Source: an uncultured Clostridia bacterium (lineage in GTDB: Bacteria > Bacillota > Clostridia > TANB77 > CAG-508). From it: 64,000 nt of DNA. Within the stretch, counting starts at the first letter, position 1; every line of letters starts with the position of its first letter. Positions 30,697-39,814 of this stretch are shown piece after piece. Below the pieces are notes generated by a model that worked only from the letters and a program-made list of their open reading frames with translations, did no database searches and was not told where the DNA came from. Location of the stretch: contig CAKPKU010000001.1 of the NCBI GenBank assembly GCA_934167365.1, forward strand, positions 15,163 through 79,162, written 5' to 3'. Made by a program: the position numbers and the translations under genes.

Positions 30697-31593
30697 CTAT
30701 TTTATTGTATTGTTTATATACCTTATAGACTTTATCTTACCTGGAACATACAATAACATTATAAGAACTTTATTTTTACAACTAGTACATTTTATAAAAG
30801 ACTTTTGCCTGCTTAAATACCCAAACAAAATAAAATGCTTAACAACATACAACCTCTTCCTAAACTTGACTCCTCTCATATCCATATCATTTAATATCTC
30901 ATAAAAATACCTATAATATCCAAACGGGTTATTCACAAATTCCTTATTAATATTCTTTGTATAACCTTCTTCTTGATATTCGCAAACCATTATATATTCA
31001 TTATTACAAATCATCTTGTAATCCTTATCCATTTTATGGTACATCCTAGCTTCTGTAACAAATCTTTCATTATGCTCTAATTCATATCTATATTTTTTTC
31101 TAACTTCAGTAATAAAAGCTAATGCTTTCTCACCTGTTTCACCTTCTTTAAAATATAAATCAAACATTGTTGTTTCTTCTTTTTTGAATGTATTTCCCAT
31201 ATTATTTCCATTTTGATCAATTTTTAAAAATGCAAATGCATAAATATCTTTTCTTTCTTTATTTTTTTCATATAGCTCTTCTATCTTTTCAAATGCTTCA
31301 TCTGTAAAATAATCATCGGAATCGCACTCTATCCATATTTCACCTGTTACATATTGTGCTAAATTATTTATTGCTGTCATTTTGCCTTGATTTTGTTGTT
31401 TAAAAAATCTTATTTCAATTTCATTTTTTGTAATATAATCTTTTATTAAATTTTCTGTCTCATCTTCAGAGCCATCATCCATTATTAACCATTCTATTTC
31501 GTATTTGCTTGACTTGTTTTTTATAAGACTTTCATATAATTTAGGTAAACATTTTGCTCTGTTATATGTTGCTGTTAATATAGAAAACTTCAT
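30697..31593 (-). CDS. GT2 glycosyltransferase
   Basis: 298 aa with FSILTATYNRAKCL...WLIMDDGSEDET...DSDD. Confidence 0.75.
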   Translation of the reverse strand: MKFSILTATYNRAKCLPKLYESLIKNKSSKYEIEWLIMDDGSEDETENLIKDYITKNEIEIRFFKQQNQGKMTAINNLAQYVTGEIWIECDSDDYFTDEAFEKIEELYEKNKERKDIYAFAFLKIDQNGNNMGNTFKKEETTMFDLYFKEGETGEKALAFITEVRKKYRYELEHNERFVTEARMYHKMDKDYKMICNNEYIMVCEYQEEGYTKNINKEFVNNPFGYYRYFYEILNDMDMRGVKFRKRLYVVKHFILFGYLSRQKSFIKCTSCKNKVLIMLLYVPGKIKSIRYINNTIK

Positions 31594-32742
31594 TTAATCA
31601 CCTACTAATTCTATAATTTTTTGTAATTTTTCTGTATTATCATATTTTGCATTTGCTTGTGTATTATTAAGTATTCTCTCATCATTGTCTTTTAATAACT
31701 TGTACAATCCATCATAAATTTCATCTTCACTATTTTCTAATATCAATGACTTTTGATAATTTTCTATACATTCTCTTGCTGCTGTATTTGTTATTATTAT
31801 TGGTTTATTTAATATTTTTGCTTCTTCTAATACCATTCCATATCCTTCAAATTCAGATAATAAACAAAAATAATCTGTATTTTTTATATATGGATATGGA
31901 TTTTCTTTTTTCCCTAATAAAATGAATGTTTCCTCTACATTTTCTTGTTTTATTAAATCTTGAAGATTGCTTTTTTCTGGTCCATCTCCTATTATGTATA
32001 CTTTATGTTTTAATCCTTGTTTTATTAATTTACTATGAACTCGTATAAATCTATCTATTGCTTTTTGCTTTACAAGCCTACATACAGTTAAAAAGTTTGT
32101 TACATTTTGATCTAATTCAATATTAATATTAACATTTGACTTTTTTATTACTAAATCTTTATCTATGTAATTATAAATAACATGCATGTTTTCTACATTT
32201 AAATTATTATATACATTTTGAAATTTATCCATATTATCTTTACTAACAAATACTAAATCATTATACTTTTTGTATATGTTCTTATCTATATATTTTTTTA
32301 TTTTTGATTTAAAGTCATTTCCAAATACCTTTTCTATATCATTGTGTATCCATACTATTTTGTGTGTATTTTTATTTCTAGTACTAAATAATCTTGTTAT
32401 TGGACCTTCCAAAAATGCTATTTCTGTGTCATAATCCTGTTTTATTTTTTTATTATATATTATTTTGCTAAATAACAATATCTTTATTGGAATCCACATT
32501 TTTTGTATTTTTGTTAATTCATCATATCTACAATTATATAATGATTTAAATTTTACTTTTTTACTTAAATCTTTTTTTAGCTCTCCATTATCATATATTG
32601 AAAATATTGTTATATCATATTTTTCTGACAGTTTATTCGATATATCTACTAATACTCGCTCTGCTCCACCTAATGTTAGGCTTGTTATTCCAAATAATAT
32701 CTTTTTTATTGTTATCACCTCTTTATGCACTAAAAATAACAC
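31594..32742 (-). CDS. GT4 (GT-B, group 1) glycosyltransferase
   Basis: 382 aa with the C-terminal EFEGYGMVLEEAKILNKPIIITN motif. It is a paralog of the 34676..35863 product. Confidence 0.75.
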   Translation of the reverse strand: MLFLVHKEVITIKKILFGITSLTLGGAERVLVDISNKLSEKYDITIFSIYDNGELKKDLSKKVKFKSLYNCRYDELTKIQKMWIPIKILLFSKIIYNKKIKQDYDTEIAFLEGPITRLFSTRNKNTHKIVWIHNDIEKVFGNDFKSKIKKYIDKNIYKKYNDLVFVSKDNMDKFQNVYNNLNVENMHVIYNYIDKDLVIKKSNVNINIELDQNVTNFLTVCRLVKQKAIDRFIRVHSKLIKQGLKHKVYIIGDGPEKSNLQDLIKQENVEETFILLGKKENPYPYIKNTDYFCLLSEFEGYGMVLEEAKILNKPIIITNTAARECIENYQKSLILENSEDEIYDGLYKLLKDNDERILNNTQANAKYDNTEKLQKIIELVGD

Positions 32743-33709
32743 AATATATTTTATATGTAAATTTATTTACTGTTTTCATATAAAAATTTTTGACTGATTT
32801 ATCTTTTTTTAGTATTTTGTTTTTCTTCCAATTTGGAAATTCACTATTCAATCTTGTCCATGTCTCTTGTAATAATTGCTTTCTTATTAATTTATTTTCC
32901 ACTTTTGCTATTCTAAATAATGAACTACATAGTAATAATCGTGAATATGTATATTCTAGCTCTGTTTTATATTCTTCATATAAATTATTTTCTTTGTAAT
33001 ATTTTATTACATTGTCCATTATTGCAAATATATCTTTTGTTTTTTCATTTTGTGTATTTGATATTGATGAGCTTCTTTGTACATAGTGTATTAATGGCTC
33101 TTTTATAAATGATACTTTATTGTAATATGGTACCATTTTATAGAAAAATTCTACATCTTCATATCTTAACCCTTTTGGGAATTCAATTTTGTGCTCTTCT
33201 ATTAAACTTCTTTTTATTAATTTATTCCATGCTACAACTCTTCCATATGTTAGCATTTCTTTTTTATTATTGTATACTTTTCCAGTATCTATCTTGTTTC
33301 GATCTGAATACTCCCATATAAAATCACATTCTACTAAATCGCTCTCTTCTTCTTTTGCTTTTTTATACATTTTTTCATATGTGTCTAACTCCACATAGTC
33401 ATCTGAATCTAAAAAAGCTATATATTCTCCTTTTGCTTCAGGTATTCCGTAGTTTCTAGCATCTGATAGACCTCCATTTTCCTTATCTACAAGTTTTATT
33501 TTATTTGGATATTTTTTTTGATATATTTCTATTATTTTCCTTGAACTATCTGTTGAACCATCATTCACTATTATCAGCTCTATATCTTTTAAGGTTTGAT
33601 TTACTAGTGAATCCATTGATTTTACTATATATCTTTCTACATTATATACTGGTACTATAATACTAACTTTAGGCATATTTCCCCCCATTATCTTAATTTT
33701 AAATACCAT
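32723..33709 (-). CDS. GT2 glycosyltransferase (likely true start at the internal MPKVSIIVPVYN, around 33676)
   Basis: 328 aa with VSIIVPVYNVERYI...IIVNDGSTDSS...DSDDY. It is a paralog of the adjacent 33688..34632 gene. Confidence 0.75.
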   Translation of the reverse strand: MVFKIKIMGGNMPKVSIIVPVYNVERYIVKSMDSLVNQTLKDIELIIVNDGSTDSSRKIIEIYQKKYPNKIKLVDKENGGLSDARNYGIPEAKGEYIAFLDSDDYVELDTYEKMYKKAKEEESDLVECDFIWEYSDRNKIDTGKVYNNKKEMLTYGRVVAWNKLIKRSLIEEHKIEFPKGLRYEDVEFFYKMVPYYNKVSFIKEPLIHYVQRSSSISNTQNEKTKDIFAIMDNVIKYYKENNLYEEYKTELEYTYSRLLLCSSLFRIAKVENKLIRKQLLQETWTRLNSEFPNWKKNKILKKDKSVKNFYMKTVNKFTYKIYCVIFSA

Positions 33710-34632
33710 TTTATATTTATATTTAAAATTATTTTCTTTAGTAATTGTTTTAAATTTCTTGCTTTTATATTTTTTAATATTTTTCTTCTTTTTATTTCTT
33801 TTATATATTTCTTTTGGTTTACTTTATCTAAATCATCTACTTTTAAAATGATATTATTTGTATAATATATTTTTAGATTTTCTAATGTTTGTTTTGTTAT
33901 ATTATATTCCTTTATTTTCTCGTTCATATAGTCATAGTGATTTAGCATATCCATTGCTCTTTTCATTACTTTTTGCTGATTATTTCCTCTTGTTATGCTT
34001 GTTGTAGATTGGTAATAATAATATCCATAAACATTAGTTGATGCTACTTTTTTTGCTTTTAGCATTATTAAAGATGTTAATGCAAAATCTTCATGAAGCC
34101 TTCCTACTGGATATTTGAAATCATTTTCCTTCCAAAATTCAGTTTTATATAAATATAACCATGCTGGTTGTAACATTAAATCTTGGTAATATAATGTATT
34201 AAATGCTTCTTCCCCTGTTTTTTCTTCAAATACTGGACCATCTACTTTATCTATTTCATTATAATCCTCATCTACCTTTATTAGTTTGTATTTTATCATA
34301 TCATAGTCTGAATCTATATACTTCTTTAAGTTTGAAAACAAATCTATATCTATATAATCATCTGAATCTAAAAAGCATATATAGTCTCCTGTTGCCTTTT
34401 GTATTCCATAATTTCTGGCATCTGATAAGCCTCCATTTTCCTTTTTGTAATATTTAATATTTTCATATTTTTGCAAATACGGCTGTATTACTTTTTCAGA
34501 GCTGTCTGTCGATCCATCATTTACTAGTATTACTTCCATATTATTGTATGTTTGATTTTCTACTGATTCTATACATTTTTCTAGATATTTTTGTGTATTA
34601 TATATAGGAATTATTATGCTTATTAATTTCAT
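33688..34632 (-). CDS. GT2 glycosyltransferase
   Basis: 314 aa with ISIIIPIYNTQKYL...ILVNDGSTDSS...DSDDY. Confidence 0.75.
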   Translation of the reverse strand: MKLISIIIPIYNTQKYLEKCIESVENQTYNNMEVILVNDGSTDSSEKVIQPYLQKYENIKYYKKENGGLSDARNYGIQKATGDYICFLDSDDYIDIDLFSNLKKYIDSDYDMIKYKLIKVDEDYNEIDKVDGPVFEEKTGEEAFNTLYYQDLMLQPAWLYLYKTEFWKENDFKYPVGRLHEDFALTSLIMLKAKKVASTNVYGYYYYQSTTSITRGNNQQKVMKRAMDMLNHYDYMNEKIKEYNITKQTLENLKIYYTNNIILKVDDLDKVNQKKYIKEIKRRKILKNIKARNLKQLLKKIILNINIKWYLKLR

Positions 34633-34675
34633 TTTTGCCTCCTAGCTTTGAATTTTTTTGCATTTTTCCGACTTC

Positions 34676-35863
34676 TTATGTAGTTTTATTTAATATTATA
34701 TTTTCTACCTTTTTTATTATTTCATTGTTATACTTTTCTGGATTAAATTTATCTTTTATTTCATAGCCATTATTTATAAAATTTTCCATTGCATTGCTTA
34801 TTTGTTTAACATCTTTTGAACACACTAAACCATATTTCCCATTTATGTCTTTTTCACTATCTGATACATCTGTTGTTATTATTGGTTTATTGAATACAAA
34901 TGATTCTATATATACAACTGGATAACCTTCAAAATTTGATGTTAAAATTACACTATCACATTGTTTAAAATATGGATATGGATTCTTTTTAGGTCCTAAA
35001 AATATTATTTCATTTTCTAAATTTAAATCTTTTACTTGCTTTTTATAATATTGTGTGTCTGGACCTGCACCTACTAATATTATTTTAAATTTATATTTTT
35101 TTTGTTTTAATATTTGAGCTGATTTTATTAATCTTGTTAATTGTTTTTGCTTTTCATCATGTCTTCCTATATTTAAAAAAGTTATTTCATCACTACTTTT
35201 TTTAAAATCTGTTATACATTCTTCTGATTTCTTTACTATTTCTTTATAATCAATTAAGTTATTACATACAATCAATTTTTCACTCAGATATTTAAATCTT
35301 CTTTCAAAATCATTTTTAGATTCTTCTGATACAAAAACAATTTTTGAAAACTTTTCTACATTTACTTTATTAAAAAAGTCTAAATACTTTTCTTCATTAT
35401 TCTCAAAAAAACTCAAATAATTATTGTGAACCCATAATACACTGTTATTTGATGCAGTTCTTGCTATAAATGATGATGATAACGAATATGTTGCAAACGA
35501 TATAGCACAATCAAATTTATTTTTATACTTGAAGATAAATTTTAATCTTTTTGTTGCATTCTTCAATTTTGCTATTATTTTATTTTTATTATAACTTGGT
35601 GAATATTCTATTATTTTTACTGTTTTATCAATTATGTCCAAAAATATTCCTTCTTTTTTTTCGAGAACTAATGTTATATCATACTGTTTTTTAGCCAGAT
35701 AATTTATCAATGTTACAAGTGCGGTCTCTATTCCACCTATATTTAATGAATATGCTGCAAACAAAATCTTTTTCATTATATCTTGTATGATATATTTAAT
35801 AACTAAAATACACCATACACTCCTTTCTTCATTTATTTTTATATTAATATTTAGTATAATCAA
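34676..35863 (-). CDS. GT4 (GT-B) glycosyltransferase; first gene of the glycan operon (likely true start at the internal MKKILFAAYSL)
   Basis: 395 aa with NFEGYPVVYIESFVFNKPIITTDV in the C-terminal half. Confidence 0.7.
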   Translation of the reverse strand: MIILNINIKINEERSVWCILVIKYIIQDIMKKILFAAYSLNIGGIETALVTLINYLAKKQYDITLVLEKKEGIFLDIIDKTVKIIEYSPSYNKNKIIAKLKNATKRLKFIFKYKNKFDCAISFATYSLSSSFIARTASNNSVLWVHNNYLSFFENNEEKYLDFFNKVNVEKFSKIVFVSEESKNDFERRFKYLSEKLIVCNNLIDYKEIVKKSEECITDFKKSSDEITFLNIGRHDEKQKQLTRLIKSAQILKQKKYKFKIILVGAGPDTQYYKKQVKDLNLENEIIFLGPKKNPYPYFKQCDSVILTSNFEGYPVVYIESFVFNKPIITTDVSDSEKDINGKYGLVCSKDVKQISNAMENFINNGYEIKDKFNPEKYNNEIIKKVENIILNKTT

Positions 35864-35907
35864 AATGTGGTAACTGTGAACTTTTAATTTGTAATTTACA
35901 TTATTTG

Positions 35908-36315
35908 TTACTTATTCACTGATTTTATTTTCCATTCTCCATTTTTTGTCGATCCAATTCTTTCTATTATTCCATTTTCCTTTAAATTCTTTATATTATA
36001 AGACACACCATCTCTTGTTAAATTAAGCTTCTGTGCCATTTCTATTTGAGTGATTTTTGGATTTTCTCTTATTAAATTTATTATTTTTTCTTGTGTAGTT
36101 TCTTGTGTGATTTTCATTTTATCAACAGCTTTATTAATTATTTCTAACATAAATTCAATAAACTCATTTGAACTACCTGCTATATTAGAATTAGCTATTG
36201 CCTTATAATATTCCTCTTGATTTCCTTTAATTATACTTTCTATTGGTAGATATTTAAATAATTCTTTCCAATTTGATAAAATGGCAGTTTGCCATAATTT
36301 AGTACAATCTCTCAT
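35908..36315 (-). pseudogene. C-terminal remnant of a Fic-family-like protein (post-motif helical region plus winged HTH). The N-terminal catalytic part is missing and overwritten by the lytic transglycosylase gene.
   Basis: 135 aa. The segment IESIIKGNQEEYYKAIANSNIAGSSNEFIEFMLEII resembles the region that follows the Fic motif. The C-terminus INLIRENPKITQIEMAQKLNLTRDGVSYNIKNLKENGIIERIGSTKNGEWK is a wHTH. No HxFx(D/E)GNGRxxR motif is present. The ORF start overlaps the 3' end of the 36299..36868 gene in another frame. Confidence 0.35.
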
Positions 36316-36868
36316 AAATCCCGTAATCCCTTATAATTTTCCTAACATAATTATTAGTCTCCTTATAAGGAATATTCTCTATATCAGATCCATCTTCTTT
36401 TATAACACCATCTTGAATCCATTTATCTACTGTTCCAATTCCAGCATTATATGCTGCAATTGCTAAACAATAATTTCCATTATATTTTTGTAATAAATCT
36501 GATAGGTACTTTGTACCTAGTTTTATATTTATTCCTGCATCAAATAGCATGTTTGGTTCAAATGTTGTATCTGTCATTACATTACTTGCCACTTCATCTG
36601 CTGTCGAATCCATTAATTGCATAACACCTTTAGCATTACTGTTTGACACTACATTATCTTTAAAATTACTTTCTGCCTTTATTACTGCATATATTAATAA
36701 TGGATCAACATCATATTCTCTAGAATATTCTGTAACATATTCAGAATATGTTTTCGGATACATTTTTTTCATTATCCTATCAGGAATTTTAAGCAATTTT
36801 ACAATTCCTATATATGATATACATACTATTAATATAGTAATAATAAATGCCTTAAGTTTTTTTGGCAT
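36299..36868 (-). CDS. Membrane-anchored lytic transglycosylase (SLT domain, family 1)
   Basis: 189 aa. It has an N-terminal TM, the catalytic Glu context AVIKAESNF, and GVMQL and AYNAG motifs. Confidence 0.85.
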   Translation of the reverse strand: MPKKLKAFIITILIVCISYIGIVKLLKIPDRIMKKMYPKTYSEYVTEYSREYDVDPLLIYAVIKAESNFKDNVVSNSNAKGVMQLMDSTADEVASNVMTDTTFEPNMLFDAGINIKLGTKYLSDLLQKYNGNYCLAIAAYNAGIGTVDKWIQDGVIKEDGSDIENIPYKETNNYVRKIIRDYGIYERLY

Positions 36869-36890
36869 ACTATCTTCCCTTTCTTTTGTA

Positions 36891-39605
36891 TTATTTTAAA
36901 TCATACCAATTATGTGCACAAGATACTTCTACCTCTAATGGTACACTTAATTTAATTGCACCTTCCATGCATTTTTTTAGTATTTTTTCAACTTTTTCAT
37001 GCTCTTCTTCTTTACATTCAATCATTAACTCATCATGAATTTGAAGAACAATTTTTGCATCTAAATTCTGATTTTTTAGCTCTTTATATAAGCTCACCAT
37101 TGCAATTTTCATTATATCTGCTGCTGTTCCTTGTATTGGTGTATTCATGGCAGCTCTTGCGCCAAATTGTCTTACCATATAATTATTAGAGCTTAGCTCT
37201 GGTATATATCTTCTTCTATGAAATAATGTTTCAACATATTCGTTTTCTTTAGCCTGCTCTACAATGTCTTTCATAAATTTATTTATTCCATTATATTTTT
37301 CTAGATATTGATCTATATATTTTTTAGCTTCTTTTTTAGATATTCCTAACTGTTCAGCCAATCCAAAATCACTTATTCCATAAACAATTCCAAAATTTAC
37401 TGCTTTTGCTGAACTTCTTTGCTCTTTTGTAACTTCATCAATAGGAATATTTAATACCTTTGAAGCAGCTTGTTTATGAATATCTTCTTCATTTAGAAAT
37501 GCATGAACCATATTTTTGTCTTGTGAAATATGAGCTAATACCCTTAATTCAATTTGTGAATAATCGGCATCAACATATATGTACCCTTGTTTTGGTTTAA
37601 ATACTTTTCTTAATTGTTTACCTAAATCTAAACGAGTTGGTATGTTTTGCAAATTCGGCTCTGTACTACTTATTCTACCTGTGGCTGTTATTGTTTGATG
37701 AAAATATGAATGAATTCTCCCTGTCTTTTTGTTTATATATGGAAGTAAACCTTCTACATATGTTGAATTTAATTTCATTAAACTTCTATATTCTAAAATT
37801 TTTTCAATTATTGGGTGCTTATCTTTTAATTTTTCCAATATATCTACATCTGTTGAATAACCTGTTTTTGTCTTTTTTATTACTGGTAATTGAAGTTTTT
37901 CAAATAAAATAACTCCTAATTGCTTTGTAGAGTTTATATTAAACTCTTCTCCTGCTAATTTATGAATTTCATCTGTTAAAACATTTAGCTCTTGCTTTAA
38001 TTTATCTCCTATTTCAATTAGCTCTTCCTTATCTGCATATAATCCATTAAATTGCATTTCTGCTAATACTTGTAATAATGGCATTTCTATATTATTAAAT
38101 AAATCTGTACTATTATATTCTTCTAATTTCTTCATTGTTTTTTCATACAAATTTCCAATTACATATGAATACATTGCAATTTCGTATTTTTCATTATCAT
38201 TTTCTTCTACTGAATCAAAAAGATTCATTTGACCACTTACTGAATTTTTTTGCTCACTTTCGTTTTCAACAAATTCATTAATGTCTATACCTAAATATTC
38301 CATTGATAAATCATTTAATTTATATTTATTAGTAGGATTTATAACATATGCTGCAATTTCTGCATCATAAGATATATTTTCAGGATTTATTCCTAGCTCT
38401 TTTAATAAAACGTAATCCTCTACTAATTTATATCCATATTTTTTTATAGCTGCATCTTCAAATATTTCCTTAAAATATTTTATTAAATTTTCAGAATTTA
38501 TTTTACAATAGTATACAATTGCTTTTTCTTCATCATATATACTAATAGATTTTACGGTCTTTTTAATTATATTTTCACTGTTTTTATCTTCTATTTTGTA
38601 TAAATAATATACTAATTTACCTTGTTTTTTAATAATATCAATTATTTTACTAAAATTAGATTCTTCATTAATTTCAAATAAATCTTTTAATTCCTTGCTT
38701 GTAGATTCATCACCTGATAATTCAAATCTATCTATGTATCTCTTAAAATTTAGCTCTTTAAACTTATTATATACCGCTTCTTTATCCCATTCTTTAATCT
38801 TCAAATCATCTATTGATATACCATTTATTGGAACATTAACATCTATTGTTCCCAATGTTCTTGACAATAAGGCTAAATCTTTATTTTGTATTAAATTTTC
38901 TTTTAATTTTCCTTTTATTGTTGATGCCTCATCTTTTTCTAATAAATTATATAAATTGTCAATTGTTTTATATTCCCCAATTAGCTTATATGCTGTTTTT
39001 TCGCCAACTCCTGGTACTCCTGGTATATTATCTGAAGAATCTCCCATTAAACCTTTTACTTCGATCAATTGTTTTGGCAATACATTATAAGTATTTATTA
39101 CCTTTTCTTTATCAAAATCTTCTATCTCTGTTTTTCCTGCTTTAGTTCTAGGAATATGTATTGTTACTTTATCAGTTGCAAGCTGAAAAGTATCTCTATC
39201 TCCTGAAAGAATTGTTACATCTAAACCTGCTTCTTCTCCTAATCTAGCAAATGTTCCTAATATATCATCTCCTTCATAACCCTCTTGCTCTATTATTGTT
39301 ATATTCATTTTTGTTAATACATCTTTTATAATAGGCATTTGAGCAGCTAATTCATTTGGCATACCTTTACGGTTTGCCTTATATCCTTCATACATTTTAT
39401 GTCTTGCTGTTGGTGCTTTTAAGTCAAATGTTACAGCTAAATAATCTGGTGATAAATCCTCTTGTGCTTTAAACATTATTGCTAAAAAACCATATACTGC
39501 ATTTGTATATGTTCCATCTTTCGTTGTTAACATTTTACTTCCCATTATTCCATAAAATGCTCTATTTAATATGCTATTTCCATCTATTAGTAACAATCTA
39601 CTCAT
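36891..39605 (-). CDS. polA: DNA polymerase I
   Basis: 904 aa. It has an N-terminal 5'-3' exonuclease (LLLIDGNSILNRAFY), a central region, and a C-terminal polymerase with motif A (DYSQIELR), motif B (RSSAKAVNFGIVYG) and motif C (QIHDEL). Confidence 0.95.
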   Translation of the reverse strand: MSRLLLIDGNSILNRAFYGIMGSKMLTTKDGTYTNAVYGFLAIMFKAQEDLSPDYLAVTFDLKAPTARHKMYEGYKANRKGMPNELAAQMPIIKDVLTKMNITIIEQEGYEGDDILGTFARLGEEAGLDVTILSGDRDTFQLATDKVTIHIPRTKAGKTEIEDFDKEKVINTYNVLPKQLIEVKGLMGDSSDNIPGVPGVGEKTAYKLIGEYKTIDNLYNLLEKDEASTIKGKLKENLIQNKDLALLSRTLGTIDVNVPINGISIDDLKIKEWDKEAVYNKFKELNFKRYIDRFELSGDESTSKELKDLFEINEESNFSKIIDIIKKQGKLVYYLYKIEDKNSENIIKKTVKSISIYDEEKAIVYYCKINSENLIKYFKEIFEDAAIKKYGYKLVEDYVLLKELGINPENISYDAEIAAYVINPTNKYKLNDLSMEYLGIDINEFVENESEQKNSVSGQMNLFDSVEENDNEKYEIAMYSYVIGNLYEKTMKKLEEYNSTDLFNNIEMPLLQVLAEMQFNGLYADKEELIEIGDKLKQELNVLTDEIHKLAGEEFNINSTKQLGVILFEKLQLPVIKKTKTGYSTDVDILEKLKDKHPIIEKILEYRSLMKLNSTYVEGLLPYINKKTGRIHSYFHQTITATGRISSTEPNLQNIPTRLDLGKQLRKVFKPKQGYIYVDADYSQIELRVLAHISQDKNMVHAFLNEEDIHKQAASKVLNIPIDEVTKEQRSSAKAVNFGIVYGISDFGLAEQLGISKKEAKKYIDQYLEKYNGINKFMKDIVEQAKENEYVETLFHRRRYIPELSSNNYMVRQFGARAAMNTPIQGTAADIMKIAMVSLYKELKNQNLDAKIVLQIHDELMIECKEEEHEKVEKILKKCMEGAIKLSVPLEVEVSCAHNWYDLK

Positions 39606-39814
39606 TATTATTCTTCCTTTCTTATCTGCTTTCCAATTATATAAAAAAAATATTATAAAATCAATATTTTTAGCTGCTATAATATAAATTGATTTAGTAT
39701 ATAATTCTAACTTTGAATTATTAATTGTTTTTTTGACATTTTGTGCTATAATATCAAAAATAAAACTAAAATTTGAAAGGTAGCTAATTATTATAATTAG
39801 TATATGGTGTTTTT

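Noticed and set aside
35908-36315. Calling the 135-aa ORF a functional Fic AMPylase
   Set aside because: It has no Fic motif HxFx(D/E)GNGRxxR, and only the C-terminal helical and wHTH portion is present.
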